In this document: piece by piece, positions 9,585-17,560 of the stretch
How positions within the stretch are numbered: position 1 is the stretch's first letter
Layout of the letters: the number at the start of each line of letters is the position of its first letter
Assembly (NCBI GenBank): GCA_016218805.1
Contig: JACRCW010000036.1
Coordinates: 1-45,614 of the forward strand
Origin: Deltaproteobacteria bacterium
Lineage (GTDB): Bacteria > Myxococcota > JACRCW01
Length of the DNA: 45,614 nt
Reading direction: 5' to 3'
Translations under genes and position numbers: made by a program
Notes under the pieces: model-generated
Told to the model about the DNA's origin: nothing
The model's database searches: none
What the model saw: only the letters and a program-made list of their open reading frames with translations

Positions 9585-10540
9585 CAGCCCCGTCCGGCCA
9601 GCTCCACCGGCTCGGCCAGCAACAGGCGCAGCGCCTGCCCCAACCACTGTTCCTGCTGGGGGTCCAGCGTGAAGTGATACGCCACGCGTCCCGCCCGGTC
9701 GATCACGATGAATACGTTGGCGTGGTCAATAACCCCGGTTTCCGGATTGCGTTGGCGGGTGATGTCAAACCGGTCCAGCGCGCGCTCCACCTCCGCGGGT
9801 GGCCCCGTGAGCAGGCGATACCTCGGCGTGGTCACGCCCTGCGCCTGGGCCATGCGCGCCAGTTGCCCGCGGTCATCCCGCTGCGGGTCCAGCGTGATGC
9901 CCAACACCGTGACGTCCGCCTGCTCCGCCTCCGTGAGCGTGGCCACCGCGCGCTTGGCCTGCCCGAGAATGCGCGGACAGGCCAATCCGCAGGATGCGTA
10001 GACGGCGGTCACCAGCACCACGCGCCCGCGCAGCGCCTCCAGTGACACCGCGGCGCCGTCCTGGTCGGCCAGGGTGAACCGCGGTGGCGGGAGCGCCGTG
10101 CGCAGTTCGCGGGCGGGGAACACGGTGGTGTCCGCCCGCGCGCCCGTGTCCGCCAGCAGCGCAAACGCGCCGCCGAGCGCGCTGACAACGACCATGCCGG
10201 TGGCCGCGACGGGAAGATACGCGGACCGCCCGTGCGTCCATTGGTCACGCAGCGGCTGGCGCCAGATGACAAACACCACCACCATGAACAACAGCAACTC
10301 CGAGAATGTGGCGGCCACCATGCTCCACCGCATGCCGCCCGTTGCCGGGTCATAGCCAAAGCACCACACCCGGAACTGCTCCGCGAAGTTGCCGCCGGTA
10401 CCGGCCGGCAGCGCCAGCAGCGTGGCCAGCAGCACCGCGAACAGTCCCAGCGTGGCCAGCGCCAGGGCCGGAAATGCATAGCCGGCAAAAAAAACTTCCA
10501 CGGCGGCCAGGGCGCCCCGCGGCGTGTGGGTCACGCGCAT
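9584..10540 (-). CDS. SCO family copper chaperone with an N-terminal multi-TM extension
   Basis: 'YASCGLACP' CxxxC, 'ITLDPQRD', 'IDHAN' His. Confidence 0.9.
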   Translation of the reverse strand: MRVTHTPRGALAAVEVFFAGYAFPALALATLGLFAVLLATLLALPAGTGGNFAEQFRVWCFGYDPATGGMRWSMVAATFSELLLFMVVVFVIWRQPLRDQWTHGRSAYLPVAATGMVVVSALGGAFALLADTGARADTTVFPARELRTALPPPRFTLADQDGAAVSLEALRGRVVLVTAVYASCGLACPRILGQAKRAVATLTEAEQADVTVLGITLDPQRDDRGQLARMAQAQGVTTPRYRLLTGPPAEVERALDRFDITRQRNPETGVIDHANVFIVIDRAGRVAYHFTLDPQQEQWLGQALRLLLAEPVELAGRG

Positions 10541-10544
10541 GGGG

Positions 10545-12308
10545 TCACCGCACGTGCCAGGCGTCCGCCAGCGCCTTCCAGTTGGCGAAGTAGTAGACCG
10601 CGAAGGACGCCAGCAGCAGCAGCACGAGCACCATGGTGCCGGGGGTCTTGTGCTCGTCGTGGTCGGTGAGGTGTTCGCGCTGGATGACGGTGGCGGCGTT
10701 GGCGGCCCACTGTTCCATGGGCTTGCCCGCGTTGGACCGGCCCAGGAACACCGCCCAGACCGTCAGGAGCAGGAAGATGAGCAGCCCGGTGAACGCCACG
10801 GTGCCGCCAATGCCCACAAAACCCATCATCAGGTGCGCGCTGGCGTCAAACCCGGCGGAGAACTGTGCGCCGGTGAACTCAATGTCCCAGTGGCGCCGGG
10901 GCACCCCGGCACTGCCGGCGAGCGACATGGCCACCGCCATGATGGTGATCCCGGCGGCGAAGATGAAGGGTTGGATGCGGGCCAGCGCCTTGGCCGGGTA
11001 TTCCTTCTGGAAGACCAGCGGCACCACGTAATAGGCCAGGCCCATGAAAGCCAGGGAGGTGCCGCCCACGACGGTGGTGTGGAAATGCCCCGGAATGCGC
11101 AGCGTGTTGTGGGCAATGATGTTGATCTGCTGGGTGCCCAGCGTCACGCCGGTGATGCCGCCCAGAAAGCCGAAGATGACCAACGAGAAGAAGAACGCGG
11201 AAAACCCGGGATTCCCCCACGGAGCCGCGAACAACCAGCCGAACAGGCCCTTGTTGAAGCCCTTGCGGCGCATGGCCACTTCCACAGACGCGGGGACGGT
11301 GAAACCGTGAATCATGGACGCGGCCACGGCGAGGTACATGGCGTAGGACGTGTTCCAGATCTTCCAGCCGGCACTCACGCCGGGGTCAACCAGCAGGTGA
11401 TGCGCCGAGGCCAGGTTGATGAACAGGATGTAGAGGACAAACGCGCCGCGGCACACCGCCTGGTTCAGCGGCTTGGAGCCGGTGGTGAGCGTGCCCATCA
11501 GGTACCAGACGGAAACCATGGCGCACACGTTGATCTGCTGCGACTGGTGCCCCAGTCCCCACCACACCAGCCGGTACCACGCCGCATCCGGCTGGTCCGT
11601 CCATCCCACCGCCCAGGTGAACGTGGGAATCATCACCACGGCGCCGTGCAGCAGGGTGACGGTGGCAATGATGGCGGCGGCCGTGGCGCCAAAGACCACC
11701 AGCGGCACCGAGCCCACATACGTCCGGTCCCTCCGGGCGATGTAGAGGGTGACAAAGAAGTTGATCACCCCGACGAGCGCGCCCACCGCGAACAGGATGA
11801 CGCCCAGGTAGAAGGCCCAATGGGCCTGGATGGGCACATAGGACGTCATCAGCACGTCCGCCTTGCCGATGAGGACCGTAGCGTTGACGATCAACGCGCC
11901 GGCCAACATCAGCACCAGGGAGACCCAGGCCAGCGCCTTGGAGCCCAGCCGCGAGTTCAGCAGCGTGGTCCCGACGAAATAGAGAATGCCGATCTCCATG
12001 AAGATGATCCAGAAGATCAGCATGTTGAGGCCGTGCAACGTGAGCGTCCGGTAGTACCACTCGGCACTCAGCAGGTGGACGGACGGCCAGCGCGTGAGCG
12101 CCACCAGCAGCGCGGCCACGCCGCCCACCAGCAGGAACACCACGGCCAGGACCGCGTTGAGCTTGATGAACAGCTGCGCCGTGAGACACACGGGCAATCC
12201 CGTGGTGTCACACGCGCGCACGGCGCCCTGGTGGTTGCCCTGGCGGAACCCGGGCGCCTCGTCCGCGGCGGCGGGAGCGCCCATGTCGTTGGCGGTGGTG
12301 GTTGTCAC
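10545..12308 (-). CDS. Heme-copper oxidoreductase subunit I, B-family derived; probable eNOR-type nitric oxide reductase
   Basis: All six His ligands present (TLHG; GHQSQQ; AHHL; GHFH) and 'GVPRR'. Position H+4, normally the cross-linked Tyr, is Gln. Confidence 0.85.
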   Translation of the reverse strand: MTTTTANDMGAPAAADEAPGFRQGNHQGAVRACDTTGLPVCLTAQLFIKLNAVLAVVFLLVGGVAALLVALTRWPSVHLLSAEWYYRTLTLHGLNMLIFWIIFMEIGILYFVGTTLLNSRLGSKALAWVSLVLMLAGALIVNATVLIGKADVLMTSYVPIQAHWAFYLGVILFAVGALVGVINFFVTLYIARRDRTYVGSVPLVVFGATAAAIIATVTLLHGAVVMIPTFTWAVGWTDQPDAAWYRLVWWGLGHQSQQINVCAMVSVWYLMGTLTTGSKPLNQAVCRGAFVLYILFINLASAHHLLVDPGVSAGWKIWNTSYAMYLAVAASMIHGFTVPASVEVAMRRKGFNKGLFGWLFAAPWGNPGFSAFFFSLVIFGFLGGITGVTLGTQQINIIAHNTLRIPGHFHTTVVGGTSLAFMGLAYYVVPLVFQKEYPAKALARIQPFIFAAGITIMAVAMSLAGSAGVPRRHWDIEFTGAQFSAGFDASAHLMMGFVGIGGTVAFTGLLIFLLLTVWAVFLGRSNAGKPMEQWAANAATVIQREHLTDHDEHKTPGTMVLVLLLLASFAVYYFANWKALADAWHVR

Positions 12309-12309
12309 G

Positions 12310-12837
12310 TCAGTCCTCCACGATGATCTTGCCGGCCATCAGGTGGTGCCCGATGCCGCAGAATTCGTTGCAGATGATGGAGAAGTCTCCCGACGACGTG
12401 GGGGTCAGCGTCAGCACGTGGTCGTAGCCGGGAATGACCTGGAAATTCATGTTGAGCGGTTGGAGCGAAAAACCGTGATTCAGGTCCAGCGAGGAGATGT
12501 GCACGCGGTAGGTCTGATTGCGCTTGAGTTTGAGCACCGGGTACCAGCGCCACATCTGCGCCTGCAGGTAGACATCGGTCCCCGGCGGCGGTGCCACCAC
12601 GGCGACACCCTTGTCCTCACCCACGGTGTTGGCCGCCACAAAGCGGTTCACGCGCTCCGCGAAGTCCGCCGGGGCCACGCGATACGCTTCGCCGGTGGAG
12701 TTCTGTTTTCCCTTGAAATGCCAGTACGGCATCATCAACGTCAGGATCAGGCACCACGCCAGCGCCAACCCGATCCACAGGCGTTCGCCTCCGGAGGGGG
12801 CCTTGAACCAGTCATCGGCAGGAATCTGGTGACTCAT
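12310..12837 (-). CDS. Heme-copper oxidoreductase subunit II (CuA), single TM
   Basis: 'DLNHGF' and 'CNEFCGIGHHLM'; GAGGAG RBS before MSHQIP. Confidence 0.93.
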   Translation of the reverse strand: MSHQIPADDWFKAPSGGERLWIGLALAWCLILTLMMPYWHFKGKQNSTGEAYRVAPADFAERVNRFVAANTVGEDKGVAVVAPPPGTDVYLQAQMWRWYPVLKLKRNQTYRVHISSLDLNHGFSLQPLNMNFQVIPGYDHVLTLTPTSSGDFSIICNEFCGIGHHLMAGKIIVED

Positions 12838-12847
12838 GGTGGGCTCC

Positions 12848-12991
12848 TCAGGGCAGCGTGGCGAGTGGCAGGCGGTACAGCTCAAACCAGCCCCAGGCGG
12901 TGTAGGAGAGGAAGGGCACGGCGATGCCCAGGGCCAGCAGCAGCCAAGGGTTGTCCATCAGTGACTGGAAGGGATGTTTACGACGACCCAT
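12848..12991 (-). CDS. 47-aa single-TM small subunit (subunit IIa-like)
   Basis: MGRRKHPFQSLMDNPWLLLALGIAVPFLSYTAWGWFELYRLPLATLP; GGGAG RBS; sits immediately upstream of subunit II. Confidence 0.75.
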   Translation of the reverse strand: MGRRKHPFQSLMDNPWLLLALGIAVPFLSYTAWGWFELYRLPLATLP

Positions 12992-14367
12992 GGTGAACTC
13001 CCGGGTTGGAACGTGGAAGCTGCGCGGCGACGGAAAACGGTGAGGGTGAAGAGGGCCAGGAACAGCACGCCGCCGGTGATGGCCACCAGTCCGCCGGCGC
13101 CCATCACCACCAGGCCCGTCCATTCCAGTGCGGTGCGGACGTGCTGCTCGGCGCCGTAGGCTTTGCGGGCCATTCCCTCCGCGCCCGCCAGCGCAAAGCC
13201 CAGCGCGAACACCAGTTGTCCCGCGCCGAACCACAGCGGCTGCACCACGCTGAGCCGCTGCAGCCGCCCGCTGGGCACCGGCGCACCCAGGGCGCGCAGC
13301 ATGGGCCAGGTGATGGTCATGAAGCCGGCGGTCACCGCGCCAATGCTGGCGTGGTAGTGCGCCGGCACCATGGTGGTGGAGCCGCGGATGAGCGCGCCCA
13401 GCAGAAACCCCACCACCGTCAGTGCGGCGCTGGCGCAGAAACCCAGGACACGCGGATCACGCATCCGCACCTGCCCGGCGCGCACCGCCCGCAGCAGCGC
13501 CTGCAGGCACGCGGCAAGGAAGGCGAGGACCACCGGAAAGATGCCCCAGCGCATGAACTGGGTGAACGCTTCATGCACCTCACCGCGCTGCACGCCCTGG
13601 AGCGCCAGCACCGGGGCCGCAAGAGCCGGCAGGAGGAGCAGACCAAACAGTGCGGCCGCCACGCGTCTGGGCAGCGGTGACCGCCCCAGGGCCGGCGTCA
13701 GCAGCATGAGCCACACGGACAACATGGCCGCCACGCTGGCAATCTGCAGCACGTGACCACCGCCCCAGAACAACAACTCAAAGCGCCCCTGCGCCGGCAA
13801 CCCCGCCGGCAGTGAACTGGCCGCGCCGCCAACCGTGAGCAGCGCGAGCAGAAATGCCAGTGCGGCCGTCCGCAATCCCGGCACCGCCGCATCCGGCACC
13901 AGGCCGCCCGGCGCCGGTGGCTCCCGCCACGGGAGCAGACGTTCATCCAGCAGCGTCCACGCCACCCCGCCAAAGAACGCCGCCAGCCCCACGAGGAACG
14001 CGCCGTGGTCCAGCGCGGGCACGTAGTTGCAGAGCACCGGTTGGACGTCCGGTACCAGCGCCGTGGCAATCATCAGCGTGATCCCCGCCACCGCGATTCC
14101 CGGGCCGGCCGCTCCGCGGCGCGGGACCGCGGACCGCGCGGGCAGCATGGAGAACAACGCAGCCAGGAACGCGTAGAACCAGACCAGGATGGACAGGTCC
14201 ACGTGCACCACCAGCGCGCGTTTGAAGAACTGGGGACTGGGCATCCACGGCGCCAGGAACGGCAGCCGCGCAACCACCAGGGCGAGCGCCACGCTGCCGG
14301 CGACCACCAGGCTCCCCACGGCCACCACCAGCCACCGCGCTGCGCCGCGCCCACCGTGCTGCTGCAA
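12958..14367 (-). CDS. COX1-fold membrane protein (subunit I paralog) lacking the CuB His-His pair
   Basis: About 12 TMs; 'LVVHVDL', 'LFWGGGHVLQ', 'VPAHYH', 'GMARK'; TTG start 7 nt after AGGAGG. Confidence 0.75.
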   Translation of the reverse strand: MQQHGGRGAARWLVVAVGSLVVAGSVALALVVARLPFLAPWMPSPQFFKRALVVHVDLSILVWFYAFLAALFSMLPARSAVPRRGAAGPGIAVAGITLMIATALVPDVQPVLCNYVPALDHGAFLVGLAAFFGGVAWTLLDERLLPWREPPAPGGLVPDAAVPGLRTAALAFLLALLTVGGAASSLPAGLPAQGRFELLFWGGGHVLQIASVAAMLSVWLMLLTPALGRSPLPRRVAAALFGLLLLPALAAPVLALQGVQRGEVHEAFTQFMRWGIFPVVLAFLAACLQALLRAVRAGQVRMRDPRVLGFCASAALTVVGFLLGALIRGSTTMVPAHYHASIGAVTAGFMTITWPMLRALGAPVPSGRLQRLSVVQPLWFGAGQLVFALGFALAGAEGMARKAYGAEQHVRTALEWTGLVVMGAGGLVAITGGVLFLALFTLTVFRRRAASTFQPGSSPWVVVNIPSSH

Positions 14368-14382
14368 GGGTGTTCCTCCTTC

Positions 14383-14432
14383 AATGGACTGCTAGGTCCA
14401 TTAATGGCCGATTGATGGACAGTCAAGTCCAT
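14383..14432. promoter_or_regulatory. Two ATGGAC-N6-GTCCAT palindromes 31 bp apart; putative Rrf2 operators
   Basis: AATGGAC-TGCTAG-GTCCATT (14383-14402) and ATGGAC-AGTCAA-GTCCAT (14415-14432) in the divergent intergenic region. Confidence 0.75.
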
Positions 14433-14471
14433 TGATGGCATCCGTGCGCCCGCTGGGCTAGGTACCGCGCC

Positions 14472-15029
14472 ATGCCCGCCATGCTCCTGTCCCAGACCAG
14501 CGAATACGCGCTGCGCGCCATGGCCCAGCTCGCTACGCTCCCCGCCGACCAGGCCACCAACTCCCGGTTGCTGTCGTCGGAGACCGGCATTCCCAACCAC
14601 TACCTTTCCAAGATCCTGCGCAAGCTGGTGGCGGCGGGCCTGCTGGACTCCGGGCGGGGCCACCACGGCGGCTTCCGGCTCGCGCATCCTCCCGGCGCCA
14701 TCACCTTCCGCGCCATCCTGGCCGCACTGGATGAGGAATGTGATCCGGATCGGTGCGCGTTTGGGTGGGGGCGCTGCAATGCGCGCAACCCGTGCTTGCT
14801 GCACCCCGCGTTCAATGAATTGAACTCATTGACCTGTCACTGGGCGGACCGCTTCACGCTGGCGGACCTGTTGGCACAACGGCGCGGCGCGCGGGGCCGG
14901 ACGGCTGATGGGCGCGGCAAGCCCGCCGCGCGCAAGGCGCCCGGCGCCGGACAGGGGACTCGCCGCGCGCTCACGGGGACGCGGCCGGGCTTGGGGGCCA
15001 GCCGAGCTCCGCACGCCCCTCCGCGGTGA
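14472..15029 (+). CDS. Rrf2 family transcriptional regulator with Fe-S-type Cys motif
   Basis: 'SEYALRAM', 'YLSKILRKLV..GLL.S.RG..GGFRLA', 'CDPDRCAFGWGRCNARNPCLLH'. Start 14472 or 14481. Confidence 0.92.
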   Translation: MPAMLLSQTSEYALRAMAQLATLPADQATNSRLLSSETGIPNHYLSKILRKLVAAGLLDSGRGHHGGFRLAHPPGAITFRAILAALDEECDPDRCAFGWGRCNARNPCLLHPAFNELNSLTCHWADRFTLADLLAQRRGARGRTADGRGKPAARKAPGAGQGTRRALTGTRPGLGASRAPHAPPR

Positions 15030-15306
15030 TCCGGGCCGGCGTCCAGCGCGGCTCAAACACCAGGTCCACGTCAACAAACGCGACGCCGTCCACCCGCCCC
15101 AGGCGGCGCTGCACGCCCTCAAGGATCATCTCCCCGGCGGGGCACGCGGGCGTGGTGAAGGTCATCACCACGCACAGAAAGCGCGTTTCCACGTCGTAGC
15201 GGACCGCATAGACCAACCCCAGGTGCGCGATGCTGATCCCGGTTTCGGGATCAAGGACGTCCTCCAGGGCGGCACGCGCTGCGGCTTCAACGTTCTCTTT
15301 TGTCAT
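14971..15306 (-). CDS. DUF59 / SufT-PaaD-like metal-sulfur cluster assembly factor
   Basis: 'VLDPETGISIAHLGLVY', 'MTFTTPACP', 'VFEPRWTP'; ATGA overlap with the upstream gene. Confidence 0.9.
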   Translation of the reverse strand: MTKENVEAAARAALEDVLDPETGISIAHLGLVYAVRYDVETRFLCVVMTFTTPACPAGEMILEGVQRRLGRVDGVAFVDVDLVFEPRWTPARITAEGRAELGWPPSPAASP

Positions 15307-16574
15307 GGCTTCCTCGCAAAGATGAACCCCAGGCTGCCCACCACCATGGCCGCGGAAACCGCCATGGCGGATGCGCCGGCCACGCGCCACAGCGGTGCGT
15401 CCACGGCGACACCGACCAACAGCAGCCCCATCCCCAGGTGCATGCAGACAAACTGCAACCGCTTGGGCAGTTCCGGGAGCAGTTGTCCGGCGGACGGAAT
15501 GGTCTTGAGACCCACGTAGGGCGCGAACCGGTGCAGCCAGACCAGGAACGGCACAATCTTGTACAGCTGGCCAACAACAATCGTCCCGATGAACCCCGGC
15601 AGGGCCACCAGTCCATAGACCACGTGCAGGCGCGCGGAAGCCACGGAATCCACCGGAACCACCACCAGCAGGCAACCCGTCAGTGCGGTCAGCGCGAGGT
15701 ATCCGAAAGAAACGGAGATGTGCAGCCACGCCACGTCGAGGTAGCGCTGCATGCGCCGCTGGAAGATGGCACCGATTTGCACGAGAAACGCGGCGATTCC
15801 CGCGATACCGGCTGCAAGGCCCAGGGCGCTGAGCGTGGGATCAGCGGCGCGCAGGAACGCGGCCACCAGGAAGGTCAGCGCAGCGTTGACGGCGCCAAAC
15901 GCCCACCAGCCGGCACGCTCGGGCGCGCCGTGACTGAGCAGGAACATCTCCAGCAGCCGGTACGCCACGCCCATGATGAGCAGTCCAAAGAACCCCAGGC
16001 CGGCCACATGAGCGTGGGCGCGCAGCAGCGCCACGTGGGCAATGGGGAGGTAGGGAACGAACAGGTGCCAGGCCAGCATGGCGCCCAGCGTGACGGCGAC
16101 AACCAGGTAGAGCAGCGCGGTGATCACGCACGCGCCCGTCAATGACCGCTGCGCGCTCCGCACCAACGTCAGCACCAGATTGGCGGCGTACAGCCAGACC
16201 GCCAACGCCGCCGCGGTGGCGGACACGGGCAGCAGCGCGTCCACCTCCAGCGTCCACATCCGTGTGATGAAGAGGGTGACCGCGGGCACGTACAGCGCAA
16301 ACGCCGCCCACGCCAGGCGCTCCGAGCGGACGGGCACTTCAAACACCACCGGCACGAGCTGGTGCAGCGCGCCGAGCGTGATGGGCATCAGCCAGCCCAG
16401 CACGCACAGATGCACCAGACCCAGGAGCAGCGGCTGGAAGAAATGCCCGTGTATGACGGACGCCCGCAGCACCAGCGCCACACTGAAGATGATCATGCCG
16501 AGCAGGCCCGCGCCAAAGTGCGCCTTGATGAGGCTGAATGAAGGTGCGTACTGAGACGCGAGCGTGCGGGACAC
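15303..16574 (-). CDS. Polytopic membrane protein, NnrS/heme-copper-fold-like, DUF2249-associated
   Basis: About 12 TMs with three-fold internal repeats ('HLCVLGW..GALHQLVP', 'HAHVAGLGF..GVAYRLLEMF', 'GQLYKIVPF'). Confidence 0.7.
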   Translation of the reverse strand: MSRTLASQYAPSFSLIKAHFGAGLLGMIIFSVALVLRASVIHGHFFQPLLLGLVHLCVLGWLMPITLGALHQLVPVVFEVPVRSERLAWAAFALYVPAVTLFITRMWTLEVDALLPVSATAAALAVWLYAANLVLTLVRSAQRSLTGACVITALLYLVVAVTLGAMLAWHLFVPYLPIAHVALLRAHAHVAGLGFFGLLIMGVAYRLLEMFLLSHGAPERAGWWAFGAVNAALTFLVAAFLRAADPTLSALGLAAGIAGIAAFLVQIGAIFQRRMQRYLDVAWLHISVSFGYLALTALTGCLLVVVPVDSVASARLHVVYGLVALPGFIGTIVVGQLYKIVPFLVWLHRFAPYVGLKTIPSAGQLLPELPKRLQFVCMHLGMGLLLVGVAVDAPLWRVAGASAMAVSAAMVVGSLGFIFARKP

Positions 16575-16576
16575 GG

Positions 16577-17131
16577 TCAGGCCTCCTGGAACACGCGCGC
16601 CGGCGCAATGTGCACCAGGTAGTCGCCCTCGCCACGCTTGGTGGTGCGCGCGCGGTAACCGCGCAGTTCCAGCTTCTCATAGAGCAGCACCGGCTCCCGG
16701 TGGTGGCGGACCAGGAGCTGCGCGCCGGGACCCAATTCCACCAGTTTCTCCAGGATCACAATCATGGGTTGTGGCGGTTCCAGATTCCGCACGTCCAGCT
16801 CAACGGGCTCCTGCAACGGCGCAGCATCCTCGCTGGCCGCGTGGGCCCCGTCAGAGACCGCCCGCGGGTCCCGGTAGAACCACACGTGGTAGGCGCCGTC
16901 CGCCTGTTCGGTGTGGGCGGAGCGCCCAAGCGTCTTCATCACCGCGTACAGCGGCGCCGGCTCAAAGCCCACAACCAGGTGCAATGCCTCGTCATCCGCG
17001 AGCTGGCGGGCCGTCTTGAGGATGAGCGAGAACGGGTCACCACCGGAGGCGAGCACGGGCCGCACGTCCAGCACCGCGGCCGACCGTGCGCCGGCGGCGC
17101 TGACCGGGATGGGAAACGCGGCCGCGCTCAT
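16577..17131 (-). CDS. Tandem DUF2249 domain protein
   Basis: 'LDVRPVLASGGDPF...FEPAPLY' and 'LDVRNLEPPQPM...REPVLLY'. Confidence 0.85.
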   Translation of the reverse strand: MSAAAFPIPVSAAGARSAAVLDVRPVLASGGDPFSLILKTARQLADDEALHLVVGFEPAPLYAVMKTLGRSAHTEQADGAYHVWFYRDPRAVSDGAHAASEDAAPLQEPVELDVRNLEPPQPMIVILEKLVELGPGAQLLVRHHREPVLLYEKLELRGYRARTTKRGEGDYLVHIAPARVFQEA

Positions 17132-17400
17132 GACGCCCTCGGCTTGCCAATCCGCACGCGCCAGACCTCCGGGCCGGATTCCAGGTATTCCCATTCAAAG
17201 CGCCCGGAGTATTCCGCAAGAAACTGGTAGTGGAGCGGGCGCGGGTCGTGGTCGTTGACCAGCGTGAAGCACTCGCCGGCCAGCAGCGCGTTGTAGCGGC
17301 CAAAGATCGTCGGGTGCTTGTGCTTGGCGGGAGTCTCCCGCACGTCAAGCCGTTCACCGGCGTCAGGCCGTCCCGCGTGCGTGGCGGTGGTCAGGGTCAT
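17128..17400 (-). CDS. DUF2249 domain protein
   Basis: 'LDVR..P...KHPTIF', 'LVNDHDPRPLHYQF', 'YLESGPEVWRVRI'; GGAGG RBS. Confidence 0.88.
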   Translation of the reverse strand: MTLTTATHAGRPDAGERLDVRETPAKHKHPTIFGRYNALLAGECFTLVNDHDPRPLHYQFLAEYSGRFEWEYLESGPEVWRVRIGKPRAS

Positions 17401-17454
17401 GGGATTCCTCCGTGGCCGCGCGCCGCGCGACCGGCTGGGTGTGTCCCGCTCCTC

Positions 17455-17470
17455 TTCACCCGACGTGCCG
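17455..17470 (-). promoter_or_regulatory. Possible sigma54 promoter (variant -12) for the DUF2249 operon
   Basis: Minus strand CGGCACGTCGGGTGAA = GG-N10-GA; good -24 element, non-canonical -12. Confidence 0.4.
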
Positions 17471-17503
17471 GCGTTGGTTTCCCGGGCTTCCGGCCGCTGC
17501 CGT

Positions 17504-17557
17504 GTCCAATTGACACCGCGGGTGTTGTCATCAGGACACCTATGATGTCATACGGAC
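17504..17557. promoter_or_regulatory. Three NorR binding boxes (GT-N7-AC)
   Basis: GTCCAATTGAC 17504-17514, GTCATCAGGAC 17527-17537 and GTCATACGGAC 17547-17557, all extending to TGTC-N5-GACAC and directly upstream of norR. Confidence 0.85.
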
Positions 17558-17560
17558 ACC

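Noticed and set aside
10545..12308. Calling subunit I a ba3/cbb3 oxygen reductase
   Set aside because: There is no Tyr at H+4 of the helix VI His (Gln instead), subunit II is CuA-type rather than cbb3, and the context is NO-related.
12838..12885. CxxCH (MSCTACH) at the N-terminus of the ORF-track subunit II
   Set aside because: It lies upstream of the RBS-supported start at 12837 and overlaps the small-subunit gene; a chance motif.
14971..15029. 59-bp convergent overlap of the rrf2 and DUF59 3' ends as antisense regulation
   Set aside because: The Rrf2 tail is low-complexity and probably a stop-codon extension; no further support.
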